Part shown: positions 1-8,715 of the stretch, one piece after another
Position numbering within the stretch: the first letter of the stretch is position 1
Layout of the letters: every line of letters begins with the position of its first letter
Origin: Myxococcota bacterium
GTDB lineage: Bacteria; Myxococcota_A; UBA9160; UBA6930
NCBI GenBank assembly: GCA_965223415.1
Contig: OZ245002.1
Coordinates: 4,576,001-4,640,000, forward strand
Direction of reading: 5' to 3'
Length of the DNA: 64,000 nucleotides
Made by a program: the position numbers and the translations under genes
Notes under the pieces: model-generated
What the model was told of the DNA's origin: nothing
Database searches by the model: none
Seen by the model: the letters and a program-made list of their open reading frames with translations, nothing else

Positions 1-224
1 GGAGGCACAGCCGCAACCTCTTCACCCTCGGCCCGACGGTCGACGACGCCCTCCTCGATCGAAGCGTCGACGACCTGCGCCGCGAGCTCTCCGTTCCGGA
101 GCAGGCGCCGGCGGGAACGCTGGGAGACGCGCTGGCCTTCGCCGGGTGGTCCGCGGCGGGGGTCGCGGTGGTATTCGGCCCCCTCGTGCCGATCGCGGCG
201 CTGCTCTGGTGGTGGCTCGCCTAG
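1..224 (+). CDS. 3' end of a hypothetical membrane protein (5'-truncated by window)
   Basis: Open frame from position 3 with GC-rich codon usage, ending ...AGWSAAGVAVVFGPLVPIAALLWWWLA-TAG(222-224); hydrophobic C-terminus. Confidence 0.6.
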   Translation, partial: RHSRNLFTLGPTVDDALLDRSVDDLRRELSVPEQAPAGTLGDALAFAGWSAAGVAVVFGPLVPIAALLWWWLA

Positions 225-242
225 CCTGCGGTCGGTCGCCGT

Positions 243-329
243 TGGTGCCCAGGACTGGAGTCGAACCAGCACGGGGTTGCCCCCACTAGATTCTGAGTCT
301 AGCGCGTCTACCAATTCCGCCACCTGGGC
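243..329 (-). tRNA. tRNA-Leu (anticodon CAG)
   Basis: Reverse complement reads GCCCAGGTGGCGGAATTGGTAGACGCG-CTAGA-CTCAGAA-TCTAG, long variable arm, GTTCGACTC T-loop, acceptor stem and encoded CCA; 87 nt. Confidence 0.97.
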
Positions 330-344
330 ACAGGCGGGATGCGA

Positions 345-373
345 AGGCTACGGGGCGGCCTGCGGCCCGTCAA
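345..373 (-). promoter_or_regulatory. sigma-70-type promoter for the tRNA
   Basis: Minus strand TTGACG-N17-TAGCCT, 15 nt upstream of the tRNA 5' end. Confidence 0.65.
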
Positions 374-2331
374 CTCGACGAAGCGGCGGCCTCGGCATCG
401 GCCATGGCGGCGAGCTCTGCGCCGAGTCGCTCGTACTCGGCATAGAGGGCCTCGATCTCGGCTCCGAGCTCGCCCCGCTCGGCCTCTAGGCCGCGCAGCC
501 GGTCCGGATCCTTGAAGAGCTCCGGGTCCGCGAGCTTCCAGCCCAGCTCGGCCACGGCGTTCTCCTTCTCGAGGATCTCCGCCTCGATGCGCTCGACCCG
601 GCGCTCCACCTTCTCCCGGGCCTTGCGGCGCTCGCGCTCCACTCGTCGGCGTTCCTTGTGGGACACCGGATCGCCTGGCGTCTGGTTCGCGGGCTCCGGG
701 GTGGCTTCGGGGGTCGGGGCCTTCGCCCGGGGTGCGGCGATCTTGGCGAGGTAGGCGTCGTAGTTGCCGGGGAAGAGCCGCAGGCGGCCCTCCTTCACCT
801 CGACGACGCGGGAGGCCAACGCGTTGATGAACGCGCGGTCGTGGGAGATGAAGACGAGGGTTCCCTTGTACTGGCGCAGCGCGTCCTCGAGCACCTCGCA
901 GGCCTGGACGTCGAGGTGGTTGGTGGGCTCGTCGAGCACCAGGACGTTCGACGGGCGCAGCAGCAGCTTCGCGAGGGCCAGCCGCGCCTTCTCTCCGCCG
1001 GAGAGCACGCTCACCTTCTTGTCGACGTCGTTGCCGCTGAACAGGAAGGCGCCCAGGTGGCCGCGCAGCCGCGGCACGTCGCCGGTGGTCGCCGCGGACT
1101 CCAGCTCGCCGAGCACGCTGCGGGAAGGGTCCAGGGATTCGAGCTGGTGCTGGGCGTAGAAGGCCACCTCGACCCGGTGGCCGAGCTCCCGCTCCCCCTC
1201 CTCGAAGGGCAGGACGCCGGCCAGGATGCGCAGCAGCGTCGACTTGCCGGCGCCGTTCGGCCCGACCAGCGCCACGCGATCGCCGCGCTCTATCGCCAGG
1301 TCGACGCCCGCGTAGACGACCGTCTCGTCGTAGCGCTTGTGGATGCCGTGCAGGGCGACGGGCACGGCGCCCGCCCGGGCCGGCTCCGGGATCCTGAGGC
1401 GGATGCGCCGCTTGTCCTCGTCCGGGAGCTCGATGCGCTCCTGCTTCTCGAGGGCCTTCACGCGGCTCTGTACCTGCCGGGCCTTGCTCGCCTTGTAGCG
1501 GAAGCGCTCGATGAAGCGCTCGGTCTCCGCCGCCTTGCGGTCGAGGCTCTTCTTGCGGGCGAGGAGCTCCTCCTTGCGCCGCTCGCGCTCCTCGAGATAG
1601 AAGTCGTAGCTCCCCGGGTACACCGTGAAGCGTCCCAGGGCGAGCTCGGCCACCTGGCCCACGTGGCGGCGAAGGAAGGTGCGGTCGTGGGAGATCACGA
1701 CCACGCCGCCGGCGAAGGCCGCCAGGGTCTCCTCGAACCACTGGATCGAGGGCAGGTCGAGGTGGTTCGTCGGCTCGTCGAGGAGCAGCACGTCCGGCTC
1801 GGCGAGCAGCAGCTTGGCCAGCTCGACCCGCATCATCCAGCCGCCGCTGAAGGTGCGCAGCGGGCGGCCGCGGCTCTCCATGTCGAACCCCAGGCCGGCC
1901 AGCACCCGCTCGATCCGGGTCTCGCGCTCGAAGCCGCCGGCGTGGTCGAAGCGCGCGTGGGCCAGGTCGTAGGCAAGGGCCAGATCGGCGCTCACCTCAC
2001 CGGTGCGGGCCATCTCCGCCTCCAGCTCGCGGAGCTCCCGCTCCAGGTCCTCCACGTGGGCCAGGGCGCGGCCCGCCTCTTCGCGCACGCTGTGGTCCTG
2101 GGCCGGGTCGATCTCCTGGCGCAGCATCCCGATGCGCGCGCCGCGGCGGACGCTGCGCTGGCCCGCGTCCGGCGGCTCGTCGCCGGACGCGATGCGCAGC
2201 AGCGTGGACTTGCCGGCGCCGTTCGCGCCGACGAGGCCGATGCGGTCGCCCGCGCGCACCTCGAGGGAGACGCCTTGGAAGAGCGTGCGCCCCCCGAAGC
2301 CGCGCGAGACGTCGTCGAGCCGGAGCAGCAT
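370..2331 (-). CDS. ABC-F family ATPase (YheS/Uup-like ribosome-associated factor)
   Basis: Two ABC domains (GANGAGKST/GPNGAGKST, SGGW/SGGE, LLDEPTNHLD twice), inter-domain linker, C-terminal coiled coil, no TM segments. Confidence 0.93.
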   Translation of the reverse strand: MLLRLDDVSRGFGGRTLFQGVSLEVRAGDRIGLVGANGAGKSTLLRIASGDEPPDAGQRSVRRGARIGMLRQEIDPAQDHSVREEAGRALAHVEDLERELRELEAEMARTGEVSADLALAYDLAHARFDHAGGFERETRIERVLAGLGFDMESRGRPLRTFSGGWMMRVELAKLLLAEPDVLLLDEPTNHLDLPSIQWFEETLAAFAGGVVVISHDRTFLRRHVGQVAELALGRFTVYPGSYDFYLEERERRKEELLARKKSLDRKAAETERFIERFRYKASKARQVQSRVKALEKQERIELPDEDKRRIRLRIPEPARAGAVPVALHGIHKRYDETVVYAGVDLAIERGDRVALVGPNGAGKSTLLRILAGVLPFEEGERELGHRVEVAFYAQHQLESLDPSRSVLGELESAATTGDVPRLRGHLGAFLFSGNDVDKKVSVLSGGEKARLALAKLLLRPSNVLVLDEPTNHLDVQACEVLEDALRQYKGTLVFISHDRAFINALASRVVEVKEGRLRLFPGNYDAYLAKIAAPRAKAPTPEATPEPANQTPGDPVSHKERRRVERERRKAREKVERRVERIEAEILEKENAVAELGWKLADPELFKDPDRLRGLEAERGELGAEIEALYAEYERLGAELAAMADAEAAASSS

Positions 2332-2376
2332 GGGCCCGGGAACCTAGGCAGCGGGGCGCGCCGGCGCGAATCCCCC

Positions 2377-2404
2377 TCAACTCCCGGCGGATCGAGGCCG
2401 ACAC
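2377..2404 (+). promoter_or_regulatory. candidate sigma-28 (FliA/WhiG) promoter
   Basis: TCAA-N16-GCCGACAC upstream of the 2426 ORF. Confidence 0.5.
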
Positions 2405-2425
2405 GTAGGGCAGGAGCGAGCCCAC

Positions 2426-2713
2426 GTGAACACGGACAAGCTGCTGGAGATCGGCGAACGGGGCATCCACCTGCTCTTCGACCGGCAGATGATCTCGGAA
2501 GCCTTCGACCAAGATGCGGATGTGCTCCGTGAGGACATCGCCGGCCGCATCGGCGAGATCCACGGCGCCATCCAGCAGCTCGTCGAGCTCGAGACCCCGG
2601 AGCAGGGCCAACGCTTCGTCGCCCGCCTCGCCCCGTCCGTCCGCCACGTCCTCGTCCTCCTCTACTTCGAGCTCCTCGACGGCCGCCTCCGCCAGAACCC
2701 CACCCTCCACTGA
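2426..2713 (+). CDS. small hypothetical helical protein (95 aa)
   Basis: AGGAG RBS before GTG; typical codon usage; fills the gap between neighbouring genes. Confidence 0.75.
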   Translation: MNTDKLLEIGERGIHLLFDRQMISEAFDQDADVLREDIAGRIGEIHGAIQQLVELETPEQGQRFVARLAPSVRHVLVLLYFELLDGRLRQNPTLH

Positions 2714-2748
2714 CGCATCGGCTCCCCCCTTCGTTCTTTCAACGACGA

Positions 2749-3174
2749 GCCGCTTCGCTTCTCTCGTGGGCATCCAGTCGCCGGGGGTGGGCACAGGCCG
2801 GGCTCCATGGCTCGGCCGTTGCGCGGAGGCCGCGTACGGCCCGCATGGAGGGGTCGCCGCTTCCGGCCTTCGGCCGGCGGCAACCTGAGCGCACGACGAT
2901 CATCGTGCCTGCCTGCGCTTGACTTCCGCCCGACCTGTGCCCACCCCCGGCGAAATGGGCCCCTTGGTCAGCTCGACCGATCGCGGGGCGGGGGGCGGCC
3001 AGCGCGGAAGTCAAGCGCAGGCAGGCAACACGTCCGTCGTCGGCAAGTTCGCCGCCGGCGAAGCCGAGGCGGCGAACCCGCCATGCGTCTTCCTGAGCGG
3101 CCTCGACGCCCCGGCCGAGCCATGGAGCGCTGGCCGCCCCCCGCTCCGCGATCCGCAAGGAGAAGCGAAGTGGC
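2749..3174. repeat. nested palindromic intergenic element, long copy (REPIN/MITE-like or structured RNA)
   Basis: Terminal IR GCCGCTTCGCTTCTC / GAGAAGCGAAGTGGC; inner IR GCTCCATGGCTCGGCCG / CGGCCGAGCCATGGAGC; central perfect 24-bp IR (2906-2929 / 3004-3027); long blocks shared with 27191-27428. Confidence 0.85.
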
Positions 3175-3195
3175 CTTGCTCAGAAAGGGTGGGGG

Positions 3196-6100
3196 TTAGG
3201 CGGGGCGTCTCGCGCCGTCGGGGGCTCGGGTGCGGGTGCGTTCGATGAGCTCGGGGATGGAGAGGGCGAGGGGGAGGCGGACGCGCTCGCCGCGCTTGGT
3301 GCGGAAGAGGAGGTGGCCCCGGTCGCGGGCGTGAAGGAAGAGGTCGCGGAGGAGAGCGACGTCCTGGCGGCAGTAGCGCTCGATCTCGTCGATGCGGCCT
3401 TCCTTCCACCATTGGAGGGACTGCAGGCCGTCGGCGGTCTTCGCGGCACCCAGGGTCTCCTCGCCCAGGTGGCCCAGGGAGAGGCGGAAGCCCAGACGCG
3501 CGTGGATCGCCTCGAGCAGGTCGAAGCTCGGCACGCCGCGCAGGCCGTCGTCGGTGTAGCCCTGGAGGACCTTGTAGTCGAAGCGGGTCGAGTTGAAGCC
3601 GATCACCAGGTCGGCGGCGGCGAAGTCGCGGAGCAGAGCGTCCACGTCCGCTTCCCGGTAGGTGCGGAAGGCCTCCTCCTGGCTGTCCCAGGTGCAGGCG
3701 AGGGCGACGCGCATCAGGTGGGCGTTGTGCCAGCCGCCCACCTCCTGGGCGCTGCGCTGGGTCTCGAGATCGAACCAGAGGAGCCGCGGCGCGGGCGCGG
3801 CCGGCGCCTCCGCCGCCGGCTCGGGCTCCCGCGGGCGGAGCGCCACCAGCGGCTCCTCCTCCGGGAGCGGCGGCAGTTCCTCCTGGCCGAGCACTAGCTC
3901 GAGCACGCGCAGGGCGGCGGTCTTGTCGATGGGCCGGTTGCCGTTGCCGCAGCGGGGCGAGTGGACGCAGCTCGGGCAGCCCGTCTCGCAGGGACAGTCC
4001 CGGATCAGGAGCTGGGTGGTTTCGAGCAGGCCCTCGACCCGATCGAAGGCGCTCCCGGTGAGCCCCATGCCGCCGTCGTGGCCGTCGTAGAAGAAGACGG
4101 CGGCGCGGCCGAGCTGGGGATGGCGGGTGTAGGAGATTCCCGCGACGTCGAAGCGATCGCACAGGGCGAAGAGGGGGAAGACCGCCAGGGCCGCGTGCTC
4201 GACGGCGTGGATGCCGCCCATCACGTGGCGCTCCTCGCGCTCGAGGACCGCCGGCAGCTCGTCGGGCATCTCGAGCCAGATTCCGGTGGTCTCGTAGGAG
4301 GTCGGCGGCAGGTCGAGAGGCTCGGTGCCGAGGAGCTCCTGACCGCGCACCCGCCGCCGCTCGTAGCCGGTGACGTGGGTGGTGACCTTCACCCGCCCCT
4401 CGACGAGGCGCACGTTGCCGACCGGGCGCGTCCGCTCCCGGGAGAGGATCTCCGTCTCCTTCTCCGAGATCGCCCGGGTGAAGTAGACCGCGTCCACCGG
4501 CTCCACCGTCACCCGCCGCTCGTCCAGCTCGAGGCGCGTCACGACGTAGGAGCGCCCGGCGTGAAGGTAGATCGCGCCCTCGTGGCACTCGGTGTAGACG
4601 TGCCCCGCTCCGACCTGGCCGACTACCCGGGGCTTGCCCTTGCCGGCCACGGGGGGCTTGCCCTTGCCGCGGCCTTCGCCTTTGGGCGCGGGGGCGTCCG
4701 GCGTTCCGCCCAGCACGATCGTGTAGCTGGCCCCGGCCGAGCGCAGGCTCACGTGGCGGTGGGGACTCCGCCGGGAGGCGAACCAGCGATCGCCGGACTC
4801 GCTGCGCAGGAGCTCGCCGGCCTCCTCCAGCCGGGCCAGCGCCGCCTGCACCGGCGGCTCCTGGAGGGCCGGCTCGCTGGCGCGCAGGGGCACCTCGGCG
4901 GCGGCGCAGGGCAGGTGGGCGTCGAGGATCTCGCCGTTGCTCGGATCGAGCACCGCGTGCTCGAAGCGCCCGGAGAAGAGTGCCTTCGGGTGGGCGACGA
5001 AGTACTGGTCCAGGGCGTCGGGCTGGGCGACGAGCGCCACGACGGCCTCGTGCCGCCGTCCGACCCGGCCCGCGCGCTGCCAGGTGGCGATCTGGCTGCC
5101 TGGGTACCCGACCAGGAGACACACGTCGAGGCCGCCCACGTCGATCCCCAGCTCGAGGGCCGAGGTGGAGATCACGCCGAGCAGGTCCCCGGTGAACAGC
5201 CGGCGCTCGATCTCGCGCCGCTCCTCGGGCAGGAAGCCGGCGCGGTAGGAGCTGATCTTGCCGGCCAGGGCCGGCTCGCTCTGGGCGATCCAGGTGTGCA
5301 TCAGCTCGGTCACCCGCCGCGCCTTGGTGAAGGCGATCGTGCGCAGGCCGTGACGCACCGCGAGGCGGAAGAGCTGGGAGGCCACGGTGTAGGGCGAGAG
5401 CTGGGGGTTCAGGAGCAGCACGTTGCGGCGGCTGCGGGAGGCGCCGTCGCTCTCGACCACGTCGAAGGGGCGGCCCGTCAGGTTCTCCGCCAGCTCCCCG
5501 GGGTTGGCGACCGTCGCCGAGGCGCACACGAGCTGCGGCGTCGCCCCGTGATTGCGCGCCACCCGCAGGAGGCGCCGCAGCACCTGCGACACGTGGGAGC
5601 CGAAGATGCCCCGGTAGGTGTGCAGCTCGTCCACCACCACCAGACGCAGGCCGCGGAAGAGACCGTCCCAGCTCTGGTGATGGGGGAGGATGCCAAGGTG
5701 CAGCATGTCCGGCGTGGTGATCAGCACGTGGGGCGGGTTCTCGCGGATCTTTTTGCGCCGCGAGGGGGGCGTGTCCCCGTCGTAGATCTCCACCTGCGGC
5801 CGGTCGTCCGGGGCCAGGAGGCCGAGGGCGTTGATGTCCTCCTCCAGCTTCTTGCGTTGGTCCTGCTCCAGGGCCTTCAGCGGGAACAGGAAGATGGCTC
5901 GGGCGTCCCGGTCGGCCAGGGCCTGCTCGAGGGTGGGCAGGCTGTAGACGAGGGACTTGCCGCTGGCGGTGGGCGTGGCGAGCACCACGTCGCGCCCGGC
6001 GCGCAGCGCCTCGATCGCGCGGGTCTGGTGGGCGTAAGGCGCCGCGATGCCGCGGCCCTTCAGGACCTGCTGGAGCGGCTCCGAGAGCGGAAGCTCCGGC

Positions 6101-6234
6101 GCCAGCTCCGGCTCGCGGGGCGGCATCACCTCGTGGTGGCGAAGCGCGGCGGAGAGATCCGCATCCTTCTGGATGGCGGCGAGGAACGCGGCCACGCGCT
6201 CGCTCGTGCTCGTTCGGCTGGCTCGTTCCGGCAC
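3196..6234 (-). CDS. DEAD/DEAH helicase with DUF1998 Zn domain fused to a C-terminal RNase H-like (DEDD) exonuclease (MrfA-MrfB-like fusion)
   Basis: TPTASGKS, DELH, SAT, QRAGRVGR motifs; CPCETGCPSCVHSPRC; C-terminal FDLETQ...GFNSTRFD...YCRQDV. Start placed at GTG 6234; the listed ORF extension to 9897 is a shadow of opposite-strand genes. Confidence 0.9.
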   Translation of the reverse strand: MPERASRTSTSERVAAFLAAIQKDADLSAALRHHEVMPPREPELAPELPLSEPLQQVLKGRGIAAPYAHQTRAIEALRAGRDVVLATPTASGKSLVYSLPTLEQALADRDARAIFLFPLKALEQDQRKKLEEDINALGLLAPDDRPQVEIYDGDTPPSRRKKIRENPPHVLITTPDMLHLGILPHHQSWDGLFRGLRLVVVDELHTYRGIFGSHVSQVLRRLLRVARNHGATPQLVCASATVANPGELAENLTGRPFDVVESDGASRSRRNVLLLNPQLSPYTVASQLFRLAVRHGLRTIAFTKARRVTELMHTWIAQSEPALAGKISSYRAGFLPEERREIERRLFTGDLLGVISTSALELGIDVGGLDVCLLVGYPGSQIATWQRAGRVGRRHEAVVALVAQPDALDQYFVAHPKALFSGRFEHAVLDPSNGEILDAHLPCAAAEVPLRASEPALQEPPVQAALARLEEAGELLRSESGDRWFASRRSPHRHVSLRSAGASYTIVLGGTPDAPAPKGEGRGKGKPPVAGKGKPRVVGQVGAGHVYTECHEGAIYLHAGRSYVVTRLELDERRVTVEPVDAVYFTRAISEKETEILSRERTRPVGNVRLVEGRVKVTTHVTGYERRRVRGQELLGTEPLDLPPTSYETTGIWLEMPDELPAVLEREERHVMGGIHAVEHAALAVFPLFALCDRFDVAGISYTRHPQLGRAAVFFYDGHDGGMGLTGSAFDRVEGLLETTQLLIRDCPCETGCPSCVHSPRCGNGNRPIDKTAALRVLELVLGQEELPPLPEEEPLVALRPREPEPAAEAPAAPAPRLLWFDLETQRSAQEVGGWHNAHLMRVALACTWDSQEEAFRTYREADVDALLRDFAAADLVIGFNSTRFDYKVLQGYTDDGLRGVPSFDLLEAIHARLGFRLSLGHLGEETLGAAKTADGLQSLQWWKEGRIDEIERYCRQDVALLRDLFLHARDRGHLLFRTKRGERVRLPLALSIPELIERTRTRAPDGARRPA

Positions 6235-6401
6235 GTCCCCATCCGTCCGCCAAGGGCGGACGCCTCTCTCACGCGGTCCGCCGGTGGAGGGACGCGGCGG
6301 TGTTGGAATGGGGACCCGGTGGAGACTAGGGGTCGCCCCGGAAAGAGCCAGCGCCGGCACCGCTCGCGGTGCCTCGCGTCCTACGGCACCGTCAGGGCGC
6401 C

Positions 6402-6851
6402 ATGCGCCTCTCCCTCCAGAGCCAGTACGCGATCTGTGGGATGTTCGACCTGGCCTACCACGGCGAGGACGGGCCCGTGCAGGTGCGCGTGATCGGCGAG
6501 CGCCAGCGCATCCCGGGCCGCTACCTCGAGCAGATCTTCCAGCGCCTGCGCAAGGCGGAGCTGGTGCGCGGCAAACGCGGCCCGGGCGGAGGCTACGTGC
6601 TGGCGCGTCCCGCGGCGGACGTGACGCTCCGGGACATCGTGGAGGCCGTCGAAGGCCCCCTCGAGGACTCCCTGGCCCCGGGTCCGCCGCCCCGGGACCG
6701 GGACGTCGCCGAGCGCCCGAGCTTCCTCTGGCCGGAGCTCGCCGAACGGATCGGCCGGGCCCTCGACGTGAGCCTGGCGCGGCTGTGCCGGGAGGCGGCG
6801 GAGGGCGGGGTCGCGCGGGCGAGCGCGGCCAATCGCATGTGGCACATCTGA
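6402..6851 (+). CDS. Rrf2 family transcriptional regulator (CymR-like)
   Basis: YLEQIFQRLRKAELVRGKRGPGGGYVLARP...VEAVEG signature; lacks the IscR Cys triad; ends MWHI. Confidence 0.9.
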   Translation: MRLSLQSQYAICGMFDLAYHGEDGPVQVRVIGERQRIPGRYLEQIFQRLRKAELVRGKRGPGGGYVLARPAADVTLRDIVEAVEGPLEDSLAPGPPPRDRDVAERPSFLWPELAERIGRALDVSLARLCREAAEGGVARASAANRMWHI

Positions 6852-6864
6852 AACCGCCGCCCCA

Positions 6865-6880
6865 TGTGAATCCCTTCACA
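6865..6880. promoter_or_regulatory. CRP-family binding site
   Basis: Perfect TGTGA-atccct-TCACA palindrome in a short intergenic region upstream of the 6943 ORF. Confidence 0.6.
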
Positions 6881-6942
6881 GCCGGCGCGCCCCCCGCCTG
6901 ACACGCTCCCCCTCGACCCCAGGGCCGCGCCGGAGAGCTTCC

Positions 6943-8667
6943 ATGAACGCAACCATCGACCTGGCGGGTCGGGCAGTGATGCTGCCCCGGATCGAGTTCG
7001 ATCGGCTCGTTCCCCTGTTTCCCCGCAGGCCCACGGTCCGCATCCTCGTCGTCGCGGACACGTCGGTGAGCTTCACCAACGACTTCGGCGTCGGCCGGGT
7101 CGTCGATCTCGTGCGCGCGAACGCCGACGGCTACGTCCGCTTCGAGGTGGACCTGGCGCGGCTGGGCGAAGACGGCTCCGCCCTCTCGGTGAACCCGAGC
7201 CCGACCGGCCACCAGGAGAAGTATCTGAACTTCCGCTTCGCGAGCCGTCACGGGGGCAACCTCGTGATCGACGACTACGACCAGCTGTGGTGCTTCGGCT
7301 TCGCGCCGGGTAACGATGGCTCGACGAGCGACGACAACGTGTGGGCCAGTCCCTATCGCTCGACGCCGGAGGACCTCGCCGCGCTCACCACCTGGATGAA
7401 CGCCGGGGGCGGCGTCCTCGCCATGGGCGATCACCACTACCTCGGCGCCGCCATGTGCGCCGAGATCCCCCGCGTCCGCTCGATGCGCCGCTGGACGAAC
7501 GCCCAGAACGTGCCGCCGATCGGCGGCACGGACCGGCACGACACGAACCGGCCGATGAACCCGGCCCAGGACGCAGCGCAGACGCCCGACCCTGTCGTGA
7601 TCCCTTCCTTCCCGGCCCAGGAAGACGGCGTGCCCCAGCCCGTCGATTGGAAGGGCTACGAAACCGGCTGGCCGGTGTTCCCGAACCGCAGCCGCCGGCC
7701 CCATCCGGTCCTGTGCGGGGGCTCTCTCGGCGTGATCGACGTGCTGCCGGACCATCCCCACGAGGGCTGGGTGTTCGAGGAAGACGAGATTGACCTGGCG
7801 GCGACCTACGCGTTCGACGGTGTGAGCGGTGACGAGTATCCGACCGTGGCCGGCGGGCAGCCGGCGCCGGAAGTGATCGCCTGGGGCACGACGCTCCCGG
7901 ATCCCCCGTACTGGCATGGCAAGGGCGACAGCCCGGCCAAGCGCTTCGGCCTGATCGGCGCCTACGACGGCGACGCGGCCGACGTCGGGCGGGTGCTCGT
8001 CGACAGCACCTGGCACCACTGGATGGACGTGAACCTGCTGGGCCTCGAGGCGGAAGCCCCGGACACGGAGTTCCGCAAGATCGTCCGCTACTTCCGCAAC
8101 TGCGCCGTGTGGCTGGCCCGCGCCGAGCAGCGGCAGCAGATGCTGGTCTACTCGGTCTTCTGGTCCACGGTGCTCGCCTCGACCTTCGAGGACATGAACC
8201 GCCGCCACTCGATCTGGGAGCTCGGCGGCTTCTCCATCGACGTGATCGGGCGGCACACCAGCGACTGCCTGGTGCGCGACTGGCTGCGCCCCTGGCTCGA
8301 CCCCGAGCTGGTCCGCTGGCTCGAGCACCCCCCGGTGCCCGTGCCCGACCCGGAGCCGCCGTTCCCGGTGCCGCCGGATCCGTGCTGGTCGTGTCCGCCC
8401 TTCGAGCTGCTCGAGCGGGCGGTGGTCGGCGGCATCGTGAAGGAGCTGCTGCCGGTGCGCGACCGGATCCAAGCCGCCGGTCCGGCGGCGGACCAGGAGC
8501 TCGAGCTCTCGCCGGACGAGTACCTGCACCTGGCCGAGCGCGGCGCCAATCGCGGTCTCGAGGCGTTCCAGAGCGCGGTCGCGGACAACCTCCGCACCCT
8601 CGAGAGGTTCCGGAAGATGGACGGAAAGGTGTGCCGGCTGCGGCGGACGCCCGAGCGAAACCTCTAG
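6943..8667 (+). CDS. conserved hypothetical protein (574 aa), possibly class I GAT/ThuA-like N-terminal fold, His-rich motifs
   Basis: GGAGAG RBS; motifs GGGVLAMGDH, PDHPHEG, DSTWHHW; Pro-rich segment followed by CWSC. Confidence 0.8.
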   Translation: MNATIDLAGRAVMLPRIEFDRLVPLFPRRPTVRILVVADTSVSFTNDFGVGRVVDLVRANADGYVRFEVDLARLGEDGSALSVNPSPTGHQEKYLNFRFASRHGGNLVIDDYDQLWCFGFAPGNDGSTSDDNVWASPYRSTPEDLAALTTWMNAGGGVLAMGDHHYLGAAMCAEIPRVRSMRRWTNAQNVPPIGGTDRHDTNRPMNPAQDAAQTPDPVVIPSFPAQEDGVPQPVDWKGYETGWPVFPNRSRRPHPVLCGGSLGVIDVLPDHPHEGWVFEEDEIDLAATYAFDGVSGDEYPTVAGGQPAPEVIAWGTTLPDPPYWHGKGDSPAKRFGLIGAYDGDAADVGRVLVDSTWHHWMDVNLLGLEAEAPDTEFRKIVRYFRNCAVWLARAEQRQQMLVYSVFWSTVLASTFEDMNRRHSIWELGGFSIDVIGRHTSDCLVRDWLRPWLDPELVRWLEHPPVPVPDPEPPFPVPPDPCWSCPPFELLERAVVGGIVKELLPVRDRIQAAGPAADQELELSPDEYLHLAERGANRGLEAFQSAVADNLRTLERFRKMDGKVCRLRRTPERNL

Positions 8668-8715
8668 AACCCGGGTCGGGACCGGGCGTATGGTGTGAGG
8701 CAGGGAGCCCCACCC

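Noticed and set aside
243..329. tRNA-Leu as an integration site or island boundary
   Set aside because: No integrase, no repeat of the tRNA 3' end seen in the window, and no compositional shift; only ~240 bp of downstream flank is visible.
2426..2713. 95-aa protein as the anti-sigma factor (FlgM/RsiG)
   Set aside because: It lacks the RsiG ExxxSxxRxxxQxxxD motif and any recognisable FlgM C-terminal pattern.
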